Origin: an uncultured delta proteobacterium
Lineage (GTDB): Bacteria; Desulfobacterota; RBG-13-43-22
Direction: 5' to 3'
Assembly: GCA_963802945.1 (NCBI GenBank)
Contig: CAWDKY010000016.1
Coordinates: 128,001 to 192,000, forward strand
Length of the DNA stretch: 64,000 bases
Part shown: positions 1-10,028 of the stretch, piece by piece
Position numbering within the stretch: position 1 is the first letter of the stretch
Layout of the letters: the number at the start of each line of letters is the position of its first letter
Position numbers and translations under genes: made by a program
Notes under the pieces: generated by a model
Databases searched by the model: none
Seen by the model: the letters and a program-made list of their open reading frames with translations, nothing else
Told to the model about the DNA's origin: nothing

Positions 1-2
1 TT

Positions 3-1475
3 CCCGACATCATCTTTACCCTGGATTTGGACGGGACCATTAACTACATAGGACCTCGATGGAAAAAAATTTTGGGGCACGATGAATCCGAGGTAATAGG
101 AAAATATTTTATCCATTTTACGCCTGCCGAAGAACATTACTTTTTGGCCCAAGTTTTTAAGGAAGCCAGAAATGATAAAAAAAGTGTAGAGAATATCCTT
201 TGGAAATATATTCGAAAAGATGGGCAAATTCGCAATTTTTCCGGAAGTGCCGCCCCGCTGTTGAATGAGCAAGGGCAGGTCGTGGGGACCATGGGGATTG
301 CCAGGGACATTACAGAACATAAAAAACTTGAAGAACAAGTCATTCAGGCCCAGAAGATGGATTCCATAGGGAATCTGGCTGGTGGGATCGCTCACGATTT
401 TAATAATCTCCTTGGAGGGATCCTGGGCTATGCTTCTTATGTCAAGAAGAAGATGTCTCCCAAAGATCCCTTGGTTCATTCAGTACAAAATATTGAACGA
501 TCGGCTCAACAGGCCGCAGAATTAACCAAGCAACTATTAGGATTTGCCCGACGTGGTAAGAATCAGGTTAAACCGATTAATTGTAATGCCCTTATTCAGG
601 ACCTGATCCAGTTTTTGGGACGGACGATAGATAAACGGGTTACCCTGGAAGTGGAATTGGATGCCCATTTACATTTAATCGAGGGAGATGAGACCCAGCT
701 TGAGCAATCCTTGATCAATATTTGTTTAAATGCACGCGATGCCATGCCTTCAGGTGGTATTCTGAAAATCGTTACTGCCAATCAAACCCCACAGGTTGAT
801 CTCTTAAAACAACGGGGAAGAAAAGAAGGAGATTATATAAAGATTACCCTTTCGGATACCGGAACCGGCATGACCCCGGAGATCCAATCCCAGATCTTTG
901 AACCTTTTTTTACCACCAAAGAACCGGGAAGAGGAACAGGGCTGGGACTTTCTATGGTCTATGGAATTATTCAAAATCATGGTGGGTATATTGATTTGAA
1001 AAGTGAGCCTGGACAAGGGACCTCCTTTGAACTTTATTTGCCGGCCATACCGGAGGTGATGATCGAAGAAAGTTCACCTTTTCCTCAAAGCTCAACACTC
1101 ACCAAGGGTTCCGAAACCATTCTTGTCGTAGATGATGAAGAAATTATTCGGCAATTAGGGGCTGACATCCTCGAGGATGAAGGCTATAAGGTACTGATGG
1201 CCTCAAGAGGAGAAGAGGCCATTCAGATCTATCAGGAAAATCGGGAGGATATCGCCCTGGTGGTCTTGGATGTAGTCATGCCCGGTCTGGGGGGGAAAGA
1301 AACCTTTCTCAAGTTGAAAAATATCAACCCCAAAATAAAAGTGTTGTTATCTTCAGGATATAGTACTAATGAAGAAGTGGGGGGAATCCTCAAGGAAGGG
1401 GTAGGGGGCTTCGTTCAAAAACCCTATCGGGATGAGGAATTGATTGGGAAGGTCAGGGAGATACTGGATGCCTAA
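3..1475 (+). CDS. PAS-domain hybrid sensor histidine kinase/response regulator (CckA-like); 5' truncated by window edge
   Basis: Frame open back to base 3 (PDIIFTLDLDG...). H-box AHDFNNLL, N-box NARDAM, G boxes DTGTG and GTGLGL, C-terminal REC domain (VVDDE...LDVVMP...KP). Confidence 0.93.
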   Translation, partial: PDIIFTLDLDGTINYIGPRWKKILGHDESEVIGKYFIHFTPAEEHYFLAQVFKEARNDKKSVENILWKYIRKDGQIRNFSGSAAPLLNEQGQVVGTMGIARDITEHKKLEEQVIQAQKMDSIGNLAGGIAHDFNNLLGGILGYASYVKKKMSPKDPLVHSVQNIERSAQQAAELTKQLLGFARRGKNQVKPINCNALIQDLIQFLGRTIDKRVTLEVELDAHLHLIEGDETQLEQSLINICLNARDAMPSGGILKIVTANQTPQVDLLKQRGRKEGDYIKITLSDTGTGMTPEIQSQIFEPFFTTKEPGRGTGLGLSMVYGIIQNHGGYIDLKSEPGQGTSFELYLPAIPEVMIEESSPFPQSSTLTKGSETILVVDDEEIIRQLGADILEDEGYKVLMASRGEEAIQIYQENREDIALVVLDVVMPGLGGKETFLKLKNINPKIKVLLSSGYSTNEEVGGILKEGVGGFVQKPYRDEELIGKVREILDA

Positions 1476-1478
1476 TAC

Positions 1479-1504
1479 AGATGCAGGATATAAGATGCAG
1501 GATA
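1479..1504. repeat. Short direct repeat AGATGCAGGATA x2
   Basis: agatgcaggata-ta-agatgcaggata immediately after the kinase stop. Confidence 0.5.
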
Positions 1505-1610
1505 CTACCGAAGAGAATCTTGGAAAATATTGAGCATTCGATACCCTTTTTTCTTTAAAGGAATCCTGTCAAAGAAAAAAGAAAAAAATGGGAAGGAAGA
1601 AGAGACATTA

Positions 1611-2132
1611 ATGAAGCTGAAAATGAAATGGTTCATAAGAATCCTCGTTGTGCTTACGGTAGGGATTGTAATCGGATCGGCGTATACTTTTTCTGAGAAT
1701 ATCCAAAAAGATCGTCCGGCAAAAGAATTTTCCTTAAAAGATCTGCAATCTAAAAAAGTGCGTCTTTCTGATTTTCGGGGGAAAGTGGTCCTAGTGAATT
1801 TTTTTGCCACCTGGTGCCCCCCCTGCCGTAAGGAAATTCCTGAATTAATAAAGATCTATCAGCGGAACAAGAAAAAAGAGGTAGTGATTCTGGGGATTTC
1901 ACTGGATGCGGAAGAGGCCTCTTTTGTGCTTAGAAATTTTGTCAGGGTGATGAAGATCCCTTACCCCATCCTGATCGGAACCGTGGAAGTGGCGGAAGAC
2001 TATCAAATTTTAGGGGTGCCGACTACTCTGGTTATCAACAAAGAAGGGAATATATATAAAAGATTTGACGGACAGATACCCCCGATGCATTTTGAAAATG
2101 CCTTAAATGACCTTCTTGAAACAAGATCTTGA
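1611..2132 (+). CDS. TlpA/ResA-family thiol-disulfide oxidoreductase with N-terminal anchor
   Basis: GKVVLVNFFATWCPPC motif, GVPTT cis-Pro loop, N-terminal TM. Start moved to ATG 1611 after a purine-rich RBS. Confidence 0.9.
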   Translation: MKLKMKWFIRILVVLTVGIVIGSAYTFSENIQKDRPAKEFSLKDLQSKKVRLSDFRGKVVLVNFFATWCPPCRKEIPELIKIYQRNKKKEVVILGISLDAEEASFVLRNFVRVMKIPYPILIGTVEVAEDYQILGVPTTLVINKEGNIYKRFDGQIPPMHFENALNDLLETRS

Positions 2133-2139
2133 AAGTTAA

Positions 2140-2592
2140 TTATACGTTGGGTAAAAAATGCTCAATCTTTTTTTTCATAGCAAAGGGATCTTCAACCCCA
2201 AACCACCAGAGGTCCGGTCGGCCGGATAGTTGGGAACGAAATTGTAAATGGCCGATGCCTAAGAGGCGATGGACAACACCCCTATGAACTTCAAGGCCAG
2301 CAATTCCTTTCAAAGGAAGGGACTTTTTTTTGGCCTGACCCGAAAAACCAGATTCCCGAAGGGCCTCGTCCTTTGTTATTCGATAGAAAGTGGTTTTTCG
2401 ACGGAAAAGAATAAATAATGCCAAAATAATAGAGACAGCCAATCCAAAAGGCAGGCTTATTCCCGCCTTGGGATTGATAATTGGCCCGAATCCAAAAATG
2501 AGGATAGCTGCATAAAAGACAAAATAACTTTTCCAGGAAGGTTGGAGGGTCAATAAGTCCTCTTGCTTCACAGTAGTTGTATTTTGGTCCAT
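2140..2592 (-). CDS. Membrane-flanked bacterial PH-domain (bPH_2-like) protein
   Basis: Two N-terminal TMs, then YRIT...G...RLLGIGHL pattern typical of bPH_2. Confidence 0.7.
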   Translation of the reverse strand: MDQNTTTVKQEDLLTLQPSWKSYFVFYAAILIFGFGPIINPKAGISLPFGLAVSIILALFILFRRKTTFYRITKDEALRESGFSGQAKKKSLPLKGIAGLEVHRGVVHRLLGIGHLQFRSQLSGRPDLWWFGVEDPFAMKKKIEHFLPNV

Positions 2593-2668
2593 GGCGGGTC
2601 TCTAAAAATCGATCAAAGAAATTTTTTGAATCCCCAACAGTCCAATGTTCTAATACTCCAATTTTTCA

Positions 2669-5380
2669 TTATTCCGTATGCTGCCTTTGATAAAGTTCCA
2701 CCTCATGGATCGACCAATAATAGATATCGTCTCTCCCCTTATTGACAATTTGAAGATAACGCATCGGCGTAGGAGAAAAAATAAAATCCATATCCTGGCT
2801 GTTTTTTAAAAGGGTTTCCCCTGTCCAATGGAGGAGAACGGGGCTCATGATTGGGTCCAATAAGGTCCAGACTTGCCCGTCAGTCGAATAACGAATTGAC
2901 AAGTTACGGGGAAAATCATTCACGGAATTTCCTGTCAATAGTCGTATTCGACCTACCTTTTCCATTTTCCCAAAATCAATTTGAAAGTAGTCCCCGGGGA
3001 CTTGCGGCCTACCCGTGGTCCAACGGGTGGACATCTTACCATCGGCGGCTAACTGGGCCTTTAGGGGATTGACATTGGTTTGAAAACGCCAGGGTTTTGA
3101 GGAAATAAGTTGATAATGTTCGGTTGTGGAAGGAATGGAAGAAATCCAATAACCTTCAATTTCATTTTCTTGGAAAGGGCGTTTTAGTATTTTTTTTAGA
3201 AAATGGATTAAGGATGAGGCCTTTTCTTTCTCAACCACAAAGGCAGGATTAGAAAGAATCTGGACAAGATCTCCCTTTCCGTCTTGAAGGGCCAAGGTCC
3301 TTTGTTTGGCCCGCCAATCGAGCGGAAGCTGGGATTGTATCCATGGGCTGGTAAAAATATTGACGGGATTAAACCGTTTCAGATACGAAATCAATGGCTT
3401 CACATCATCGGATGCCGGTTCAGCTTTGTGCTTGGCTTGATAGATAAAACACTCGGCGACGGACCAATAGTAGGTCGGGTCGCTCCCGAGTTGGGTGAGT
3501 CTGAGAAAACGACCTGGTTGAGGCGAAAAGGTGATATCAACCCGGCCTATCCCGGGACGATAAAAGGGGTGGGGGCCGGACCAGAACAGATCTTCCCATA
3601 TCCCATGAACTTCACGGACCGTTTGCCACTTCCGGCCGTCTTGTGAGATTTCTACCTGCAGACCTCGGGGTGTGTCTTCCTGTTTTCCCGACAAAAGAGT
3701 AATCCGGCCCAAATCTGGAACGATCTGGCCCAAATCGATTTGGAGAAACAACCCCGGTTCCTGAGGTTTATTGGAGGACCAACGAGTATTCAGGTCTCGA
3801 TCAAAAATATTTATTGTTCCTTCTAAATTAGAATTGGTCACAGCCTTCCATTTTGTTGGCTCCAGTTCTATGAACAGAAAAGGGGGAGGTGAGAAATTAT
3901 GATAAATACTATATCCGAAAACTTGGCTTTTTTGATAGGTTCCCCCGATATTTATTAATGTGTTTTCAAAATTCTTATTATCCCTGGCAAAAAGAAAGGC
4001 AGCCTTGGGGTCTCGATCAATCCAATCGGTATAAGCGGGATAACGATCGTCGCCAGGTTGAGCGAAGATGATCTCCTCTCGTGAGTCAAAGGTTAATCGT
4101 ACTGAGACCCAATAGTCAGGGCAATAAACCCTTCGAATATTTCTTTCCTTTAAGAATTTAAATAATTCCTGCTCATTTTTTCTGGCCTCTCTAAATTGGT
4201 TTACCTGTATTTTATTAATAAGGGGGACCGTGGTAACCGTGCCGTAAATATTAGAAAAGAGGGTCAGGAGAACCAAAAGAAAAGCCGATACTGTAGAGAA
4301 GGAGTATAATCGCCTGGCAAAAACGGCCAACAGGATAGGCAGCACGGAAAATAAGGGTTGAAGATAACGACTGGTATGGTTGGAGGCAAATCCGCTCAAA
4401 GAGAAAATAACGGGAAAAAGAAAAAGAAAAAGGAGTAATAGATCCAGCCCGCTGCTTTGGCCAATTTTCAGTTTAATCAGGCTTAAAAAATTTTTTCTTC
4501 TGGATAGGAGGAGGAATAAAAACGAAATGAGGTAGATAATATATAGAAGAAAAGAGAAATAAGGAATATAATATTTCTCGGTATCGTTGTTCTTCAGCCC
4601 CAAGATTTCCGGAAATCGATAAAGAGAAAAATCTTTTAAAGAGGTTAAAAACGATTCATCTCCTCCTGAAGTATCAAAAAGATAGTGCCAGGTTACCAGC
4701 GGATGGTTAATATTATGAACCCAAAGGGGCAGGCCCCCAAGCATAAGGCCCAACAGAAAAAAAAGAGTTGTCCATCGTCCCCAGAACCATTTGTCTTTAA
4801 TAAAAAAAAGGAGGAAGATAGGTGTTAGATAAAAGACGACCAAGAAATGGGTCCATATCCCCAGGCCGCAGAGAAATCCTAAAAACAAAAAATTCCTTCC
4901 CTGTGTTTCGTCACGATATAGTATTTTCTGGCTAAAAATAAAAAGCAGGACTCCGATGATCGGCGTTTCGATATAAGCGGCCCGGGCCAGAACCGAGTGG
5001 AAGATCAGATAATTGGAAGCTAGAGCCGTATATAAAGATGATAGAAGGGCAGTCTCTTTATCAAAAATAAATCGGGCCAAATAATAGATAAAGAGAATAA
5101 AAAAAAGTGATTCAAGACAAATAGTCAAATCAAGGGTAAAACGGGAAGCAGCAAAGAAATAGAAGATCGTGGAAACCAGATAGGCCTCGATACTGCCGCA
5201 ATAATCTTGGGCGTAAAAGAAGAAAGGGAACTCCCCTCCCAAGATATGGCGGGCCATCAGTCCGGTGACGGCCTGGTCCGAATCCATTTGGGGGGTAGAA
5301 AGGAAAAGGAGACGGATAACTGCCCCCAGGATGAGAATGAAAAAGAGGAAATAACCTGGTTTTATTTTTTTGATCTTCAT
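2669..5380 (-). CDS. GT-C fold (ArnT/PMT-like) membrane glycosyltransferase with two C-terminal discoidin (F5/8 type C) domains
   Basis: TM1 followed by acidic loop DSDQA, many TMs, RYLQP. Two repeats of D...TRW[ST]...Q.PG..QID.G...S.DG..W...YYWS..E. Confidence 0.85.
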   Translation of the reverse strand: MKIKKIKPGYFLFFILILGAVIRLLFLSTPQMDSDQAVTGLMARHILGGEFPFFFYAQDYCGSIEAYLVSTIFYFFAASRFTLDLTICLESLFFILFIYYLARFIFDKETALLSSLYTALASNYLIFHSVLARAAYIETPIIGVLLFIFSQKILYRDETQGRNFLFLGFLCGLGIWTHFLVVFYLTPIFLLFFIKDKWFWGRWTTLFFLLGLMLGGLPLWVHNINHPLVTWHYLFDTSGGDESFLTSLKDFSLYRFPEILGLKNNDTEKYYIPYFSFLLYIIYLISFLFLLLSRRKNFLSLIKLKIGQSSGLDLLLLFLFLFPVIFSLSGFASNHTSRYLQPLFSVLPILLAVFARRLYSFSTVSAFLLVLLTLFSNIYGTVTTVPLINKIQVNQFREARKNEQELFKFLKERNIRRVYCPDYWVSVRLTFDSREEIIFAQPGDDRYPAYTDWIDRDPKAAFLFARDNKNFENTLINIGGTYQKSQVFGYSIYHNFSPPPFLFIELEPTKWKAVTNSNLEGTINIFDRDLNTRWSSNKPQEPGLFLQIDLGQIVPDLGRITLLSGKQEDTPRGLQVEISQDGRKWQTVREVHGIWEDLFWSGPHPFYRPGIGRVDITFSPQPGRFLRLTQLGSDPTYYWSVAECFIYQAKHKAEPASDDVKPLISYLKRFNPVNIFTSPWIQSQLPLDWRAKQRTLALQDGKGDLVQILSNPAFVVEKEKASSLIHFLKKILKRPFQENEIEGYWISSIPSTTEHYQLISSKPWRFQTNVNPLKAQLAADGKMSTRWTTGRPQVPGDYFQIDFGKMEKVGRIRLLTGNSVNDFPRNLSIRYSTDGQVWTLLDPIMSPVLLHWTGETLLKNSQDMDFIFSPTPMRYLQIVNKGRDDIYYWSIHEVELYQRQHTE

Positions 5381-8370
5381 TCTCTCTCAATCTCTTTCAT
5401 ATATTTGGTGATGACCTTCCAACGCCAGCTGAACTTAGATTTATAATCCGGTTTTATCTGTAATGAGATTATCTTAGGCCAAATAGGGCGATCCGATTCA
5501 AGACGGAATTCCAAATGTATTGGCCCAGTAGGGATCTGAAGGGAGAGCCTTAGGCTCCCGATATTTGGTTTTAAATCTATCCGAGCCAGTTCCTTCGAAA
5601 AAAAGTTTGATTGGAAGCCAATTACGATTAACCGGGAGGAATTGGGTGGGTTCACTTCTACTTGTAAATTGGCCTCTAAAAACCCCGGGAGAAAGGTATG
5701 TGGTAGCCACATATGGAAGTAGTTTGATTCGGATTTTATGGAGGGATCAGGCCATAATTGGTCCAACTCCCCCAAATCTCCGAACCGTTTGGGCCAAAAA
5801 ATACTCTCGGCCAAAAGCTCGGCCTGTGTGGCATCGGCCATTTTCCCCAGAGTTATATTAAAGTTTTCCTCCTTGCTGGCAGCCAGACGACGATAGAGAG
5901 AAAGAAAGCCCGGTTGGTGTTGATGTAAACGGGCCAATTCCTGATTAGCCGCTTCATGCTTGCCTTGGGCCGCCAAGGCTGTGGCATAAAATAAAGAGAG
6001 TTCAGACGGGGCATTTTTACGGCCCAGCCCAAGCCGTGCTATTCTTTCTAAATCAGGCCAAGCCTCATACCGAAAAAGCAAAGGGGACATCTGTTCAGGC
6101 TTGGGATAAATGCCTAACCAGAGGACCTGGTTGCCGGGTTTGGGGACTAATGCAACCTTATACGTACGGGGGAACCATGGTAGTACCCGTCTATACGGCG
6201 TAAAAAACCCGGAGGTGATACCCCCCATTTTAACCTCGGTCGGAAATCCTAACGCCGGGCCGAAAAAGATACTCCCTTGACCATGCCCTAAAAGAGTATA
6301 ACCCATCTGGTTTATGGGTAGCGTATTGAAGAGATATTGCTTCTTCATTTCCACTGAGTTGGAAAGCAGGTCAAAGGGTTGACATTGAGAACTACGACTA
6401 CCCAAAAAGGCCGGCTCAGGGGATCGGACTCTGGAATGAGGCAGAATCAAATCAGACGAGGATTGGTTTACATCGAGGCGAAAAAAGTTAATGATTGGGT
6501 TTTCCCAATAGGTATTTCTTAGATCAAAAACCTGAACAGGTTGATAAAGGTGGCTGTTAAGAGGAGGCTCCCCCCAGAACTGTTCTACAACAGTCGTCTT
6601 TAAAGGGGGTGAGTCTGGGATGTTTTTATCCTGGAATTGCTCCTTCACAGGGGTCTGGATTACTGTAATTCCTGCGTTAACTGGAATCCATGTCCCACCG
6701 CTGATTTTAGTATCATATAACAGACGTGACCCGGCATCGACATGTTGAAGAACCCAACGCTTGGCCAATTGACGTGTGTCCGGGAAACGAGCCACTCCGG
6801 CATCCGACAAGGCGACTAATGTTTGGAAAGTCAGAAAAAAACCTAGGAGGAGCAAGGCGATATTACGGTAAAATGGATAACCCCATAAATGTTTTAGCCA
6901 AGAGATAATCAGACTTGCAATGGCAATGGCCAAGAAGGGGGAAAGATTTACAAAATCCCATTCCCTGAGATACGACAAACGGAATCCTATAATCAGTAAG
7001 GCACAGATCGTGGGGACTAAAAAAAATCGTTCTTCTTTTCGGTGCCTTAAAAAAAGAAAACCAATTCCCAGCAAACTTAGAATCATCCACGGCAGATGAA
7101 AACGATAGGCCATTCCCCGCCAGAAATAAATGAGCCCTATTTTGATTGGATCTAATTGACTTTTACTCAAAAGCGTTCCTATAGAACCATTTAATAACTG
7201 TACAATAGATTCCCCAACCAGATTGTTGAACCAAGAGGTCGGATTAAACCAAAAGTAAGAACCGAAAGTCATCCCACAGAACATTCCACCTAAAACGAGA
7301 GCAATTCCTCGGAATTTTCGAAAAGGAGAAAATAGCACTGCTGTCATTGCAGTTAAAACAATGTATCCGCCATATATTTTCATGGCCACTGCCAGCCCTG
7401 CGCAAAGACCGGCCAAGAAAATATCGATCCCCTTCTTTGACTTTAAAAATTGGGTGGAAAACCATAGGCAGGCCATTACCCAAAAAGTCTGCGGAATTTC
7501 CCCCATCTCTTGGCGACAATAAGTCAAGTGAATGGGGTCACAGGCTACCAAGAAAGAAGCTAGTAACCCGGTCCAGGGCCCCCAGAGATTCCGTCCAACA
7601 AGAAAGGCAAATAAGGGAATAAAAGATCCTAAAAAGGCCTGAAAGGCCCGTACGAAAAGTATGTAAGGTGTAAGATCTTTCAATGTTTGGGAATTGAGTT
7701 CAGGGACAGGACTATTAATACCAGTTATCGCTCGCCATAGCCTTAGGATGTTGGAATAAAAATAAATATGGCCAACCGGATAGCTGTCTGGTGGTTCGGG
7801 ATCGCCCTCGATAAATTGGGGGATCAGCTGCAATTGCTTGAAAGAATCGCAATGTACGATGTAATCCGGTAGGCCATGAGATAACCCAGCAAGGCGCAAA
7901 GATAAACCAAATAAAAGGACGACTATTAGACAGGTGGTTAAAAGCAATTTTTGTTTTTGTTCTGATGAGTATTGGACCAACAAGCTATAAATGCGGCCAA
8001 GCGAAAAGGTGGTTATTAACCAAAAAGGGAGGGTGAGCCATAAAAACCCTCGTTCCGCCAAAATATCCCAGATCGGCCAGCCAAGCAAGGCGGTAATTAA
8101 AAGGGCATAGCCGGGGAATCGATAAGGCTGATCCTTGGGCAGTAATTTCAGCCAGTAAAACCCTTTGCCAAGGATTACTGTTAAAATCAACCCAAGCACT
8201 ATTCCGCCTAAACTACCCCCTATCATCCGCCAGTAAGGTACTTCCCAGGCTATAAAACCAAGGTAATAAATTTGAGTCAGAAGGCCGAGTATCAGACCGG
8301 CAATCATCCCCGGAATCAAGCCAGGGGTCTTGAGTTTAGCACCTGCGTTTTGTCCTTCTTTGTTTTTCAC
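5377..8370 (-). CDS. GT-C fold (GT39/ArnT-like) membrane glycosyltransferase with large extracytoplasmic C-terminal region
   Basis: LRLAGLSHGLP..HCD loop, AGLCAGLAVAMKIYG, DTRQLAKRWV motif. 4-bp overlap with the downstream gene. Confidence 0.8.
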   Translation of the reverse strand: MKNKEGQNAGAKLKTPGLIPGMIAGLILGLLTQIYYLGFIAWEVPYWRMIGGSLGGIVLGLILTVILGKGFYWLKLLPKDQPYRFPGYALLITALLGWPIWDILAERGFLWLTLPFWLITTFSLGRIYSLLVQYSSEQKQKLLLTTCLIVVLLFGLSLRLAGLSHGLPDYIVHCDSFKQLQLIPQFIEGDPEPPDSYPVGHIYFYSNILRLWRAITGINSPVPELNSQTLKDLTPYILFVRAFQAFLGSFIPLFAFLVGRNLWGPWTGLLASFLVACDPIHLTYCRQEMGEIPQTFWVMACLWFSTQFLKSKKGIDIFLAGLCAGLAVAMKIYGGYIVLTAMTAVLFSPFRKFRGIALVLGGMFCGMTFGSYFWFNPTSWFNNLVGESIVQLLNGSIGTLLSKSQLDPIKIGLIYFWRGMAYRFHLPWMILSLLGIGFLFLRHRKEERFFLVPTICALLIIGFRLSYLREWDFVNLSPFLAIAIASLIISWLKHLWGYPFYRNIALLLLGFFLTFQTLVALSDAGVARFPDTRQLAKRWVLQHVDAGSRLLYDTKISGGTWIPVNAGITVIQTPVKEQFQDKNIPDSPPLKTTVVEQFWGEPPLNSHLYQPVQVFDLRNTYWENPIINFFRLDVNQSSSDLILPHSRVRSPEPAFLGSRSSQCQPFDLLSNSVEMKKQYLFNTLPINQMGYTLLGHGQGSIFFGPALGFPTEVKMGGITSGFFTPYRRVLPWFPRTYKVALVPKPGNQVLWLGIYPKPEQMSPLLFRYEAWPDLERIARLGLGRKNAPSELSLFYATALAAQGKHEAANQELARLHQHQPGFLSLYRRLAASKEENFNITLGKMADATQAELLAESIFWPKRFGDLGELDQLWPDPSIKSESNYFHMWLPHTFLPGFLEANLQVEVNPPNSSRLIVIGFQSNFFSKELARIDLKPNIGSLRLSLQIPTGPIHLEFRLESDRPIWPKIISLQIKPDYKSKFSWRWKVITKYMKEIERE

Positions 8371-8413
8371 AATAATCTCAAAAGAATTAGAAAAGGATTC
8401 TTAAAAATTCCAT

Positions 8414-10012
8414 TCAGGGTTGTTCCCTTTTTAGCCCAAGATTAAGGATAGCCACTTTTTCCCCATTGACCTTTATGTTGCATCTGATCTCTTGATAACC
8501 CGGTAAATTGATCCTGACTTCATAAAGATCAGGAGGCAGGTTCAAGCGGGAGACGTTATAAAATCCGTGACTGTCGGTTAAGACAGCTGCCTTTAGGTTC
8601 TCCCCCTGAAAGACCTTGAGGTTGGCTTGAGGGATGGGCCTTTTCCCCTGGACATCCATCACCCTTCCACTGATAGCCATAAAGGTATTCTGAAGAATGG
8701 AAAGATACCTCTCTCCATATCCCTTATAGGCATATCCCTGGGTATAAACGGTCTTGGTGGAACTTTGATCCTGAGTGGTGAAACCGATTTCCCGAGTCGG
8801 CTCGATCTGAGTTGCCTCATTCCACTCATTAAAAGAGGTGATCAGGGCCATAGGGACATACGGATCCATAAAGGGTAATACCGTTTGCTTAAGGGCTTGG
8901 GTAAAAAATGACCCCTCCTCCCCACCGGGCTGAAATTGACGGGGAATCACCGGGTGATTTTCTGAAAGCCGGACTCCTCTGTCGTTATAGCCAGGAATAA
9001 TGGCTGGAATAAATTTAACCTCTTTGTCGATAGTTGATTGGTATTCGCTGTATAAGTCATGAATATCAGAAAGAAAGGTACTGATGCTTCCATAGCCCAT
9101 CTGTTTGGGTTTGGCCCAGTTATACATATTATAGGCGGTAATTCCATCAAACAATTTGATCCGATTTATTTCAGGGTGGGTGGAAGGTGGGAGAAGATTT
9201 GAGCGCATGACATACCAGAAAATTTCATCTCCGATAAGGAAGGGGTTGAAACCCATCTCTTGGAGGCCTCTTCTGAGACTATTGATGGCTGCCGGGTAAT
9301 CACCAATAAAGGTTCGTGTTAAATAGATGATCGCCACCGGACGTCCTTTGATCTTCAGGTAGGAGGGATGAGAAAAATAATTTTGGGCTAGGAACTTAAA
9401 GTCGGAAAGTATTTTTTTTGTCTTGTCCGGGGTAAAATCGATCCGATCATCGGCCAACCCGAGCCCGGAGGTTTCATAAAAAATGCAAAAACGAATATCA
9501 TTGATATTTTTTGCCTTGAGGATTTTTTCTCGAAGTACCCGATCAAACTCAGAATGGGCCGGCCACCAACTTACCGCCCAGAAATCAATACCGTATTGAG
9601 AGGACCAGGTGATATGTTGTTCGATGGTCTTTAGATCAGCGGAATCATATTGGCCCAAAGCCGGTAATTGGTGAGGAAGTAAACGACCATTGATATATCC
9701 CTCCCGCCAGTTGCCTGGATACCACAGGTAATAGTAGGCGCCGATGAGATATTTTTGGTTCCATCGGGGCTCCGAAGGGTCCCTGGACCGGGAGGAGGAA
9801 CAGCCGACCGTTATGAAAGACAATAAAACGATAATGGATATAAAAAAAAACCTTTTCCAATAATTCCAAAGTCCGCCATTCCGACGAAAGCCGGAATCCA
9901 GAACTGATCGGGCATCCTGGATTCCGGGTCGCGCCTTGCTTGCCCGGAATGACGATGCTTGGGTGAAAAAAGAGACTTGCAGGATTCTCGAATAATATGA
10001 AAAGATAATCAT
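8414..10012 (-). CDS. GH99-like endo-alpha-mannosidase-type lipoprotein with C-terminal carboxypeptidase-regulatory-like domain
   Basis: YYYLWY, GIDFWAVSWW, PGYNDR and ITSFNEWNEATQIEP (GH99 ExxE catalytic pattern). Lipobox-like ITVGC. C-terminal ISGRV.D...TD.HGFY domain. Confidence 0.8.
   Translation of the reverse strand: MIIFSYYSRILQVSFFTQASSFRASKARPGIQDARSVLDSGFRRNGGLWNYWKRFFFISIIVLLSFITVGCSSSRSRDPSEPRWNQKYLIGAYYYLWYPGNWREGYINGRLLPHQLPALGQYDSADLKTIEQHITWSSQYGIDFWAVSWWPAHSEFDRVLREKILKAKNINDIRFCIFYETSGLGLADDRIDFTPDKTKKILSDFKFLAQNYFSHPSYLKIKGRPVAIIYLTRTFIGDYPAAINSLRRGLQEMGFNPFLIGDEIFWYVMRSNLLPPSTHPEINRIKLFDGITAYNMYNWAKPKQMGYGSISTFLSDIHDLYSEYQSTIDKEVKFIPAIIPGYNDRGVRLSENHPVIPRQFQPGGEEGSFFTQALKQTVLPFMDPYVPMALITSFNEWNEATQIEPTREIGFTTQDQSSTKTVYTQGYAYKGYGERYLSILQNTFMAISGRVMDVQGKRPIPQANLKVFQGENLKAAVLTDSHGFYNVSRLNLPPDLYEVRINLPGYQEIRCNIKVNGEKVAILNLGLKREQP
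9874..9954. repeat. REP/dRS3-like palindromic element (CATTCC...GGAATCCAG...CTGGATTCC...GGAATGAC) inside the 5' coding region of the GH99 ORF
   Basis: Same architecture as the copies at 52530-52617 and 59359-59437. Confidence 0.8.
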
Positions 10013-10028
10013 AATGGAATAAAAAGGA

